A stretch of DNA of 32,000 nt, from positions 1,200,001-1,232,000 of the forward strand of contig OZ245819.1 in the NCBI GenBank assembly GCA_965228485.1, written 5' to 3'. A program made the position numbers and the translations under genes. Shown one piece after another: positions 8,164 to 15,609 of this stretch (positions are counted from its first letter, which is position 1; each line of letters begins with the position of its first letter). The notes under the pieces are model-generated. The model was not told where the DNA came from and made no database searches. It saw only the letters and a list, made by a program, of their open reading frames with translations. The stretch comes from Candidatus Saccharimonadota bacterium. GTDB taxonomy: Bacteria; Patescibacteriota; Gracilibacteria; UBA4473.

Positions 8164-8837
8164 TGTCTCAACTGACTCTTACTCCAGATCAACAGGCTAA
8201 ATTAGAGAACCTTTTGCAGCAGTTTTTGGAGTGGAATTCAAAAATTAATTTATCAGCTATTCGTGATGAAAACGAAGCTTGGGAAAAGCATGTTTTAGAC
8301 TCGCTATTACCGATGTCAAAGTTTAGTTTCTCTAAAAAAAGAATTCTAGATATTGGCACTGGTGGAGGTTTCCCAGTTTTACCTTTGGCGGTAATGAATC
8401 CATCCTCTAAGTTCTCGGCGCTTGATAGTGTGGGGAAAAAAATGAAAGTTGTTCAGGCTATGGCTGATGATTTAAATCTTAAAGTAAAGGCTTATCATGG
8501 TCGTATTGAAGAATTTGGGCAAAATTCTAAATTTCGTGAACAATATGATTTAGTTACTGCTCGGGCTTTAGCTCCTTGGCCAGTATTACTTGAATATGCG
8601 TTACCTTTTGTGAAGGTGGGAGGTTCTTTTTTGGCCTACCAAGGGCCTCAAATTGAGGAAGATTTAGAAGTTTTTAAAGGACTTGAGAAAAAACTTGGAG
8701 CTAAGGTTAAGCGTATAGAAAAGATGATAATAGGGGATTCGGAGAGAATTTTTGTAGAGCTACAAAAGACAAGCCACACGGCGCGAAAATATCCTCGAGC
8801 CAATGGCATTCCCCGAAAAATGCCTTTAGAAGTTTAG
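8163..8837 (+). CDS. rsmG: 16S rRNA (guanine527-N7)-methyltransferase
   Basis: WNSKINLSAIRDENEAWEKHVLDSL, the SAM motif ILDIGTGGGFPVLPLA, DSVGKK and DLVTARALAP are typical of GidB/RsmG. ATG 8163 overlaps the upstream stop (TGATG). The track lists GTG 8160. Confidence 0.9.
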   Translation: MSQLTLTPDQQAKLENLLQQFLEWNSKINLSAIRDENEAWEKHVLDSLLPMSKFSFSKKRILDIGTGGGFPVLPLAVMNPSSKFSALDSVGKKMKVVQAMADDLNLKVKAYHGRIEEFGQNSKFREQYDLVTARALAPWPVLLEYALPFVKVGGSFLAYQGPQIEEDLEVFKGLEKKLGAKVKRIEKMIIGDSERIFVELQKTSHTARKYPRANGIPRKMPLEV

Positions 8838-9532
8838 GCGAGGATTTTGGTATTGTGGCCCGCCTCTTTCAGAATAGACGTAATATGATCTATTTCATTG
8901 TTTGTGAAGCTTCGATATTGTTTGAATTTTGGATCTAAGGTGATCTTTGGTCGAAAGTTTTGGACTGTGTATTGCTGTGCTCCTTGTGCTGCTTTGGCCA
9001 TTTCTTTAATGCTTTTTTCTGTGTGATAATTTCCTATGAATGTACTTCTGACTTCAAAAGGGATAGTGGAGTCTTGGAGGAGTTGAAAACTTTGTTCAAT
9101 ATCTTTCCAGCAGTTGTCTAAGCAGGTCAGTTTAGAATAATTTTTTTTAGATTCTTTTATGTCCATGGCGACGTAATCAATAAGATTCTCATCTATCAAC
9201 TCTTGGAGCATTTGAGGATTTGTTCCATTGGTATCGAGTTTTACTAAGAGTTTTTTTTCTTTAAGTGTTCGTATGAATTTCGGGAGATCAGAATGGATGG
9301 TTGGTTCTCCACCAGAGATGACTACCCCCTCCAGAAAACCGTCTCTGGAGTCGAGAAAGTTTAGAATTTTTTCTGGAGGGATAAGGGTTTGTGATTTGAT
9401 TTTTTCAGGGAGAACCATTTCTGGGTTATGACAGTATCCACAACGCATATTGCATCCAGCCAGAAAAACGATGCAGGCAACTTTTCCTGGAAAATCAAGA
9501 AGCGTAAGTGTTTGAATACCTCCAATAAGCAT
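8834..9532 (-). CDS. nrdG: Anaerobic ribonucleoside-triphosphate reductase activating protein (radical SAM)
   Basis: 232 aa with DFPGKVACIVFLAGCNMRCGYCHNP (CxxxCxxC radical-SAM cluster) and VVISGGEP. It sits directly downstream of nrdD. Confidence 0.92.
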   Translation of the reverse strand: MLIGGIQTLTLLDFPGKVACIVFLAGCNMRCGYCHNPEMVLPEKIKSQTLIPPEKILNFLDSRDGFLEGVVISGGEPTIHSDLPKFIRTLKEKKLLVKLDTNGTNPQMLQELIDENLIDYVAMDIKESKKNYSKLTCLDNCWKDIEQSFQLLQDSTIPFEVRSTFIGNYHTEKSIKEMAKAAQGAQQYTVQNFRPKITLDPKFKQYRSFTNNEIDHITSILKEAGHNTKILA

Positions 9533-9693
9533 TAGTATTTTTTACAGAAAATATCGTTGTAATTGGTTGGCTCTTGAAAGTGTTTTCTTGAGTAGTGTTC
9601 GGACTTTTTACCCGTATTAAAATGTGATACTGGACGGTGGTATCCCATAACTCGAGTCCAGATTTCGCATCGGGTTCGGTTTGATTTTGTCAT
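9532..9693 (-). CDS. Stand-alone 53-aa glycyl-radical peptide of the class III RNR (not in the ORF track)
   Basis: Hand translation of the minus strand gives MTKSNRTRCEIWTRVMGYHRPVSHFNTGKKSEHYSRKHFQEPTNYNDIFCKKY. The segment EIWTRVMGYHRPVxxFNxGKKxEHxxRKHF matches the NrdD C-terminal glycyl-radical signature RxxGY...NxGK...E...R. Its stop TAA (9534..9532) overlaps the nrdG ATG (TAATG). It is separated from the nrdD stop by a 25-nt AT-rich spacer. Confidence 0.7.
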   Translation of the reverse strand: MTKSNRTRCEIWTRVMGYHRPVSHFNTGKKSEHYSRKHFQEPTNYNDIFCKKY

Positions 9694-9718
9694 TGTATAA
9701 GTTGGTTTAATAAATTAA

Positions 9719-11848
9719 TTAGCAAGTAGTACAAGCAGGCTTGGCTTGGTAGTTTGATTCGTAAATTTTACGAGTGCTTCGGTCGAATTTTTCTGGTCCT
9801 TGATATCCAATCTCTTCATCACATAGTGGACAGTAGTCATGTTCTCCTTCTATGTATCCATGTTTTGGACAGATTGAGAAGGTTGGAGTAATAGTGATAT
9901 AAGGAAGATGAAATTTAGACAGTACTTTTTTGACGAGAGATCGACAGGCTTTGGCGTCGGAAATTCTTTCCCCCATATAGAGATGAAGAACGGTTCCCCC
10001 TGTGTACTTAGTCTGCAGACGATCTTGTAGCATGAGGGCTTCAAAAGCATCTTCGGTGTATTCCACAGGGAGTTGCGAAGAGTTTGTATAATACGGGGCT
10101 TCTAGGCTTCCAGCTTGGATAATTTCTGGAAAGAGTTTTTTGTCTTCTCTCGCAAAACGATAAGTAGTTCCTTCGGCGGGAGTCGCTTCTAGATTATAGA
10201 GATTTCCTGTTTCTTCTTGATATGTCTGTAGTTTATGCTGCATAAAGACGAGGACTTCTTCAGCAAAATCTTGTCCCCAAGAGGTGGCGATATTTTCCTG
10301 ATCATTGGAGAAGTTTCTAATAGCTTCATTAAGACCGTTAATTCCAATGGTAGAAAAATGATTCCCTAATCCTCGAAGGTATCTTTTGCTATAGGGGAAA
10401 AGACCTGATTCCATAAGTCTTTCGATTTCTTTTCTTTTAATTTCTAGAGAGCTTTTCGAGAGTTCCATTAGGTGTTCTATTTGTTTTAGAAAACCTTCTT
10501 TATTTCCTCTGTAGGCACATCCAATTCTGGCAGCATTAATGGTGACGACACCAATTGAGCCGGTCATTTCCGCTGATCCAAAGAGTCCGTTTCCTCGCTT
10601 CATGAGCTCGGTTAGGTCTAGTTGTAATCTGCAGCACATAGAACGAACTTGATTTGGTTCCATATCTGAATTAATAAAATTTTGGAAATAGGGCATTCCA
10701 TATTTTGCTGTCATTTCAAAGAGTGGAATAGTATTTTCAGCTTCCCAGTCAAAGTCTTTAGTGATGTTGTATGTTGGGATTGGGAAGGTGAAAACTCTAT
10801 TTTTGGCATCTCCTTCCGTCATGACTTCAATATAAGCTCGATTAATGATGTCCATTTCTGGCTGAAGTTCTTCGAAGGTATATTCAAAATATTCCCCTCC
10901 GAGTTTCAGCTTTTGAATTTTTAGGTCTTCAGGACAAACCCAGTCGAGTGTAATATTGGTGAAAGGCGTTTGAGTTCCCCAACGAGAAGGTACGTTTAGG
11001 TTAAAAACAAAGGCTTGAATATTTTGTTTCACATATTTAAAGGTGGCTTTTTCTGCCAATGTATTAAGTTTTTCTTCGTTAATACCTGGGTTGATTGCTT
11101 TTATTTCCGCTTCTTTTTCTAATTTATACTTTTTTACAAAAGGGGAGAGATAGGTATCGAAACTAGAGAAGGCTTGAGCTCCAGCCCATTCATTTTGGAG
11201 TGTTCCTAAAAAGTTAACCATTTGAGATACGGCGGTTGAAAGGTGTTTTGGTGGGAGTGATTCAGTCTTGTTAGCAACTCCATTAAAACCTTCTTCTAGA
11301 AGTGCGCGCAGACTCCATCCAGCACAATATCCAGCCATCATATCGAGATCGTGAATATGGATATCGGCATTTCTGTGAGCGTTTCCAACTTTTTCTGGAT
11401 AAATATGAGAAAGCCAGTAATTGGCCGTTACTTTTCCAGAAGTGTTTAGAATTAATCCTCCAAGACTATAACCTTGATTGGAGTTTGCATTTACTCTCCA
11501 ATCAGTTTTGCTCAGATATTCATTTATGGTGTTTTTGACTCCAACAGCAATATTTTTGTCTGACCTAACTTCGGATCGTTTTTGTCGGTAGAGAATGTAG
11601 GATTTAGCTACTTCTGGAAGGTTGGACTCAATAAGAACTTTTTCGACGAAGTCTTGGATATTTTCTACGGTAGGAATGCCTGTTTTGTAATTTTTTTTAA
11701 GATAGCTCACTACCTTCTTAGTGAGTTGTTCAGCCGTTTCTTGGCTTTCTTCTTGGCTACTATTGAGCGCTTTTTGGATTGCTTGAGTAATTTTTGGAGG
11801 CTCAAAAGCCACAATCTCGCCGGATCTTTTCTGAATTTTTAAAAACAT
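9719..11848 (-). CDS. nrdD: Anaerobic ribonucleoside-triphosphate reductase large chain (class III) with N-terminal ATP-cone, lacking a canonical glycyl-radical motif
   Basis: 709 aa. ATP-cone (IQKRSGEIVAFEPPKI...VAKSYILYRQKR), NrdD core blocks (RSMCCRLQLD, FGSAEMTGSIGVVTINAARIG, GTVLHLYMGE) and a C-terminal Cys/His cluster CPKHG-x9-CPLC. The tail EEIGYQGPEKFDRSTRKIYESNYQAKPACTTC has no RxxGY. Confidence 0.93.
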   Translation of the reverse strand: MFLKIQKRSGEIVAFEPPKITQAIQKALNSSQEESQETAEQLTKKVVSYLKKNYKTGIPTVENIQDFVEKVLIESNLPEVAKSYILYRQKRSEVRSDKNIAVGVKNTINEYLSKTDWRVNANSNQGYSLGGLILNTSGKVTANYWLSHIYPEKVGNAHRNADIHIHDLDMMAGYCAGWSLRALLEEGFNGVANKTESLPPKHLSTAVSQMVNFLGTLQNEWAGAQAFSSFDTYLSPFVKKYKLEKEAEIKAINPGINEEKLNTLAEKATFKYVKQNIQAFVFNLNVPSRWGTQTPFTNITLDWVCPEDLKIQKLKLGGEYFEYTFEELQPEMDIINRAYIEVMTEGDAKNRVFTFPIPTYNITKDFDWEAENTIPLFEMTAKYGMPYFQNFINSDMEPNQVRSMCCRLQLDLTELMKRGNGLFGSAEMTGSIGVVTINAARIGCAYRGNKEGFLKQIEHLMELSKSSLEIKRKEIERLMESGLFPYSKRYLRGLGNHFSTIGINGLNEAIRNFSNDQENIATSWGQDFAEEVLVFMQHKLQTYQEETGNLYNLEATPAEGTTYRFAREDKKLFPEIIQAGSLEAPYYTNSSQLPVEYTEDAFEALMLQDRLQTKYTGGTVLHLYMGERISDAKACRSLVKKVLSKFHLPYITITPTFSICPKHGYIEGEHDYCPLCDEEIGYQGPEKFDRSTRKIYESNYQAKPACTTC

Positions 11849-11850
11849 TT

Positions 11851-11866
11851 TAACTATATTTAGTAT
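11851..11866. promoter_or_regulatory. NrdR-box-like site A, upstream of nrdD
   Basis: TAACTATATTTAGTAT matches 12/16 of the remembered NrdR-box consensus acaCwAtATaTwGtgt. It lies 3 nt upstream of the nrdD ATG. Confidence 0.5.
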
Positions 11867-11882
11867 GTTTCTCTATTATTGC

Positions 11883-11898
11883 ATACTAGATATGGTTT
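11883..11898. promoter_or_regulatory. NrdR-box-like site B, upstream of nrdD, in the promoter spacer
   Basis: ATACTAGATATGGTTT matches 12/16 of the consensus. It is 32 bp from site A (three helical turns). On the minus strand it sits between a TTAAAA -35-like hexamer and an AATAAT -10 (plus-strand coordinates 11875..11880). Confidence 0.5.
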
Positions 11899-12010
11899 TT
11901 TAAGTGATAATTCCTTGTTTTGGCTTACCGAACTTTTTGACCCTGTTTGGGATGCGGTTTTTTGATAAAAATTTTTGACGATTTTGTTAATCTGTCGATA
12001 ATTTTAAGTT

Positions 12011-12592
12011 ATGAGTTTTGAAGGATGGGCGGGGCAATTAAATCCGCCAGAACGAGCTTTGATTATCCGTGGAGCCTGTACTCCAGCGGGAGAAAAAGCT
12101 TTTGATGGATGGCGACAAGATTTAGCTGAAAAAGGTATTAGTGATGTTATGGTTCCTGGGGATCATTATGTGCCACATCTAGATCATGAAAATACAGTAG
12201 ATGAAATCGTAGAGTCTCTACGTAATTTGTGTGATAGAACGCTTATTATTGCTCACAGTTATGGTGGTAATATTGCGTTTCAGGTTTTGAGAAAAGTTCC
12301 AGAATTTGGCAAAAAAGTATCAGCGATTGTTCATATGGCTTCGCCTCTCAAAATTCCAACTATTAATCCATTTATTAGTATTCCAGAGCCTGCACCTAAC
12401 ACGACTGTTCCAGTAGTGGGTTTTTCAGGAAACTATGATATGACTGTCCTCCCTCAAATGACGGGAAGTCGTATTGATCATTCTCATTTTCGAGTGGATT
12501 GTGGACACAATGACTTTGTTACGGAACGTAACGTTCGACAGTTGGTTTTAGGAACGTTGGGTCAAGAGGTGTTTGGGAAGAATATTGTATAA
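12011..12592 (+). CDS. Alpha/beta-fold hydrolase (esterase/lipase-like)
   Basis: 193 aa with nucleophile elbow IIAHSYGGNIA (GxSxG-type) and a distal CGHNDF histidine motif. TTGACG-16-GATAAT lies directly upstream. Confidence 0.65.
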   Translation: MSFEGWAGQLNPPERALIIRGACTPAGEKAFDGWRQDLAEKGISDVMVPGDHYVPHLDHENTVDEIVESLRNLCDRTLIIAHSYGGNIAFQVLRKVPEFGKKVSAIVHMASPLKIPTINPFISIPEPAPNTTVPVVGFSGNYDMTVLPQMTGSRIDHSHFRVDCGHNDFVTERNVRQLVLGTLGQEVFGKNIV

Positions 12593-12627
12593 ACACTTTC
12601 TTTATCATTTTTGTAGAGTCTAGTAGT

Positions 12628-12654
12628 AAAAAACCTCTTTTTCCCAAAAAGAGG
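12628..12654 (-). terminator. Hairpin with U-tract on the minus strand
   Basis: CCTCTTTTT-ccc-AAAAAGAGG (12634..12654). On the minus strand the stem is followed by TTTTTT (12633..12628). Confidence 0.5.
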
Positions 12655-12858
12655 GAGAAAAAATCCTTGCAGTATTAAACTTCTAATTTTTCTGGCTTCG
12701 TTCGTTAAATGTGTCAAACTCGCTTCGCTCAGACACTGATACATTTGAGCACTCTCTCATAAAAAAATTTCAACGAAGATTTAATAAGGCAAGAAGAAAG
12801 GTTCTATAACTTAGAGTTTTTTACGAAAATTAATAAAGGTGATTTAAAAGAATTTTAT

Positions 12859-13221
12859 TTAACCGATCCCAATGTCATAAACTTCTAAAGGAGTAAGTTC
12901 GACGACTCCGTAGACGATTCTATTGGGGTGTAGTTCGGCAATCCACTTAGTCGTTTCTTCAAATAATTCCCCTTCGGTTTGATAGTGGCATTCAGTTTTG
13001 ATTTGATAGCCAGAAAGTCCCGACCAAGCCGTTATAGAAACGGGTTTATTAGTTTTTAGATTGTCTCGAGTTTTGTTAAAAAAATAGTCTACCAGGATAA
13101 TTTTCCCATTTTCAACTTTAATGGTTGAAATGGGTACGACATTGAGTCCTTGAGGCCCAGTCGTGGCTAAAGCTTTGGCTTCAGCGGTCAGAAGGCAGTT
13201 GGTAACTTTAGGGGTGAGCAT
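12859..13221 (-). CDS. Pyridoxamine 5'-phosphate oxidase-like, FMN-binding split-barrel protein
   Basis: 120 aa. The pattern LATTGPQGLNVVPISTIKVENGKIILVDYFFNKTRDNL is typical of small PNPOx/flavin-reductase-like split-barrel proteins. Confidence 0.7.
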   Translation of the reverse strand: MLTPKVTNCLLTAEAKALATTGPQGLNVVPISTIKVENGKIILVDYFFNKTRDNLKTNKPVSITAWSGLSGYQIKTECHYQTEGELFEETTKWIAELHPNRIVYGVVELTPLEVYDIGIG

Positions 13222-13402
13222 TATTTATTAAGTATAGAAGATTTATAATTTTGTTTATTTTTGTTTGAAAAATGTATGATTTATATGATATTATGTGAAC
13301 ACATTGTAGTACATTTTAGAGGTTCTTCGTGGTAATCCTTCCTCTCTAACGAAACAATTCACGCATCCTGGTCTTGTTTAGCTAATAGACGGGGGTGTTT
13401 TT

Positions 13403-13771
13403 TTATTTATAAAAACAAGATATAAAATATATTCTTTTATCCTTATTCATGGTTACTTCCTCTCTGAGGTGAATTTCAATTCTTTTTTTATCACTTGATA
13501 CCCCTTGAATGCAAAATTCCCTGTTATTTTGATGTTCTCTGAGAGTAAAGTTTTTATTATGCTTAATTATATCCAAGGCTACCCAAAAGCAGGAAAGCCT
13601 TTTTTTTGCTGAGCTTTTTCTTTCTGTTATAACTTCAGGTAATTTTTCCAGGCTAATCTTTCTTTTTAAAGCTTTACAGTGGATGCTTTGGTTTTTGCCT
13701 AGGAACTTTTCTAAATCTTTTTTTAGGATTGGTGAAGTTTTTTTACTGATGCTTAATTTTGATTGAAACAT
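13403..13771 (-). CDS. Hypothetical basic (K/R-rich) 122-aa protein
   Basis: Intact ORF with no family motif I can name. It has its own flanking spacers: the nrdA terminator upstream and a 180-nt spacer downstream. Confidence 0.45.
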   Translation of the reverse strand: MFQSKLSISKKTSPILKKDLEKFLGKNQSIHCKALKRKISLEKLPEVITERKSSAKKRLSCFWVALDIIKHNKNFTLREHQNNREFCIQGVSSDKKRIEIHLREEVTMNKDKRIYFISCFYK

Positions 13772-13837
13772 TTTACTTCATTTACTTTCTCTCGTACTCT
13801 TTTTTTATCAATATTCTCGTTTTATTAGTTCTTAATA

Positions 13838-13863
13838 GAAAATGGAGGCCCCTTTCGGAGCCT
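13838..13863 (-). terminator. Rho-independent terminator after nrdA
   Basis: Minus strand AGGCTCC-GAAA-GGGGCCT (one G-U pair), followed by CCATTTT. Confidence 0.6.
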
Positions 13864-13875
13864 TTTTGATATTTA

Positions 13876-15546
13876 TTACCCTTCACAGGCGGTACAGACT
13901 TTTTTCTGATTGAGCTGTTGGGCAGCGTTCATGCTGTGTTGGTAGTAGAGGGTTTTGATTCCCAGTTTCCAGGCATCAATGTAGAGTTTGTTGATGTCTT
14001 TGGTTGGGGTTTCTGGGTGGATAATGACATTGAGTGATTGCCCTTGATCGATGAATTTTTGTCGAGTTGAGGCTTGATAAATAATCGCCATTTGATCAAT
14101 CTCTGGGTAAGTCTTGAAGACTTCTTTTTCTTCATCGGTTAGACAATCTAGTTGTTGAACGGATCCGTCATGATCTCGAATGCTTCTCCAGGTTTCGACG
14201 TCATTTTTTCCTTTTTCTTCAAGAAGTTTTACAAGGAATGGGTTTTTGATCGTTGTTTTGATTTTTTGAATATCTTTTACGTAACAGTTAGACCAGATTG
14301 GCTCGATTCCTTGTGATACTTGTCCAAGGATGAAGGCAGAGGAAGTCGTTGGAGCAACGGCCATTGTCGTGGTATTTCGTCGTTCGTATCCTTTCAGTAC
14401 TTCTGGTTCTCCGAATTTCTCGGCCATTTCAGCCGAGGCCTCATAACTTCGTTTTTGGATCAGCTCGAAAACCTCGTGGTTTATTTTGGCCGCTTCTCGA
14501 CTTTCGAAGGTGATCATATGGTTCTGAAGGTATGAGTGCCATCCAAGAACTCCAAGACCAAGCGCCCGGTGTCGAGTTGCAAAGTTGTAAGCTCGTTCCA
14601 TGAACATGAAGACTTTTTGATCGTGAGGGTCTTCACTGTCTCGGTAGTATTCTAATTTTTCAATAAACTCACTCATCACCGCATCCAGGAAGTAGGTGAG
14701 TGTTTCTACCGCGTCGGTATCTTTCCAGGCGTCGTAATGAAGAATATTGATTGATGAAAGACAGCAAACAAATGATTCATCGCCCTTACTTGGGAGCATA
14801 ATTTCTGTACAAAGGTTACTGGCCCAAATACGTCGGTTTTCTTTTTCATAAACATCAACGGTATTGTTGTTTACATTGTCTTCAAAAAGAATGTATGGAT
14901 ATCCGATTTCTCCTCGTCGTTGGATAACTTTTGCCCAAAGTTTTCGTTTTTGCTCGTCTCCATCGATCATTGACTGCATCCATTCGTCACTTACGGTTAC
15001 TCCGTGAGTTAGTTTTTGAATTGGGTTTCCCTCTGTTCCAAGATCTAGGAATTCATCAGCATCTGGATGACTGAGTGGTAGGTAGGGAGCAAATTGTCCT
15101 CTTCGTGTTGCTCCTTGGCTCACGATATCCACCATCTTGTCAAAAAGTTGCATGAAGTGAACCGCTCCTGATGATTTACCATTATTGGTAATTGGGGCGC
15201 CTCGATGACGAAGGTCTCCAAAGTAACCAGAAGTTCCTCCTCCCATTTTTGACATCATTCCAACCTCTGCTTGGGTAAAAAGAATTTCTCCCATATCATC
15301 CCCTATAAATGATCCGAAACAACTGATTGGAAGCCCTCGTTTTTGCCCAAAGTTGGACCAAACTGGTGAAGCAAGAGAATAGTATCCTTCAGACATATAG
15401 TTGTAAAACTTATCTGAGAAACCTTCGATCCCGTTGATTTCTTCGGCTCGATTGGCGATTTCTCGGATTCGTTCTTCCGGTGTTACACCTTCTAGTAGGT
15501 AGCCTCGCTCGAGGAATTTTCGGCTATTTTCGGTCAACCATTTCAT
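13876..15546 (-). CDS. nrdA: Class I ribonucleoside-diphosphate reductase alpha subunit, short form without ATP-cone
   Basis: 556 aa. Active-site blocks LPISCFG, SNLCTEIMLP (Asn-Cys-Glu), AVAPTTSS and a C-terminal redox pair CTACEG. No N-terminal ATP-cone. Confidence 0.92.
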   Translation of the reverse strand: MKWLTENSRKFLERGYLLEGVTPEERIREIANRAEEINGIEGFSDKFYNYMSEGYYSLASPVWSNFGQKRGLPISCFGSFIGDDMGEILFTQAEVGMMSKMGGGTSGYFGDLRHRGAPITNNGKSSGAVHFMQLFDKMVDIVSQGATRRGQFAPYLPLSHPDADEFLDLGTEGNPIQKLTHGVTVSDEWMQSMIDGDEQKRKLWAKVIQRRGEIGYPYILFEDNVNNNTVDVYEKENRRIWASNLCTEIMLPSKGDESFVCCLSSINILHYDAWKDTDAVETLTYFLDAVMSEFIEKLEYYRDSEDPHDQKVFMFMERAYNFATRHRALGLGVLGWHSYLQNHMITFESREAAKINHEVFELIQKRSYEASAEMAEKFGEPEVLKGYERRNTTTMAVAPTTSSAFILGQVSQGIEPIWSNCYVKDIQKIKTTIKNPFLVKLLEEKGKNDVETWRSIRDHDGSVQQLDCLTDEEKEVFKTYPEIDQMAIIYQASTRQKFIDQGQSLNVIIHPETPTKDINKLYIDAWKLGIKTLYYQHSMNAAQQLNQKKVCTACEG

Positions 15547-15609
15547 TTTTTTTAGGGGTTAATTGATATGAGGTATTTTTCTTTTTTATTTTTGTATAAA
15601 AATTGTGTT

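Noticed and set aside
9694-9718. Group I intron, intein or simple frameshift as the explanation for the nrdD / mini-ORF split
   Set aside because: The gap is only 25 nt, which is far too short for an intron. No intein blocks exist. There are stop codons in both the nrdD frame (TAA 9721..9719 and 9709..9707) and the mini-ORF frame (TAA 9717..9715), so no single indel fuses the ORFs. Sequencing error cannot be fully excluded without reads.
13300-13402. SRP (4.5S) RNA candidate, because the minus strand contains ACCAGGATGCG...GAGGAAGGA
   Set aside because: It lacks the conserved GGAA-tetraloop helix 8 and its symmetric and asymmetric loops, and the 5' and 3' ends cannot pair into the long helix.
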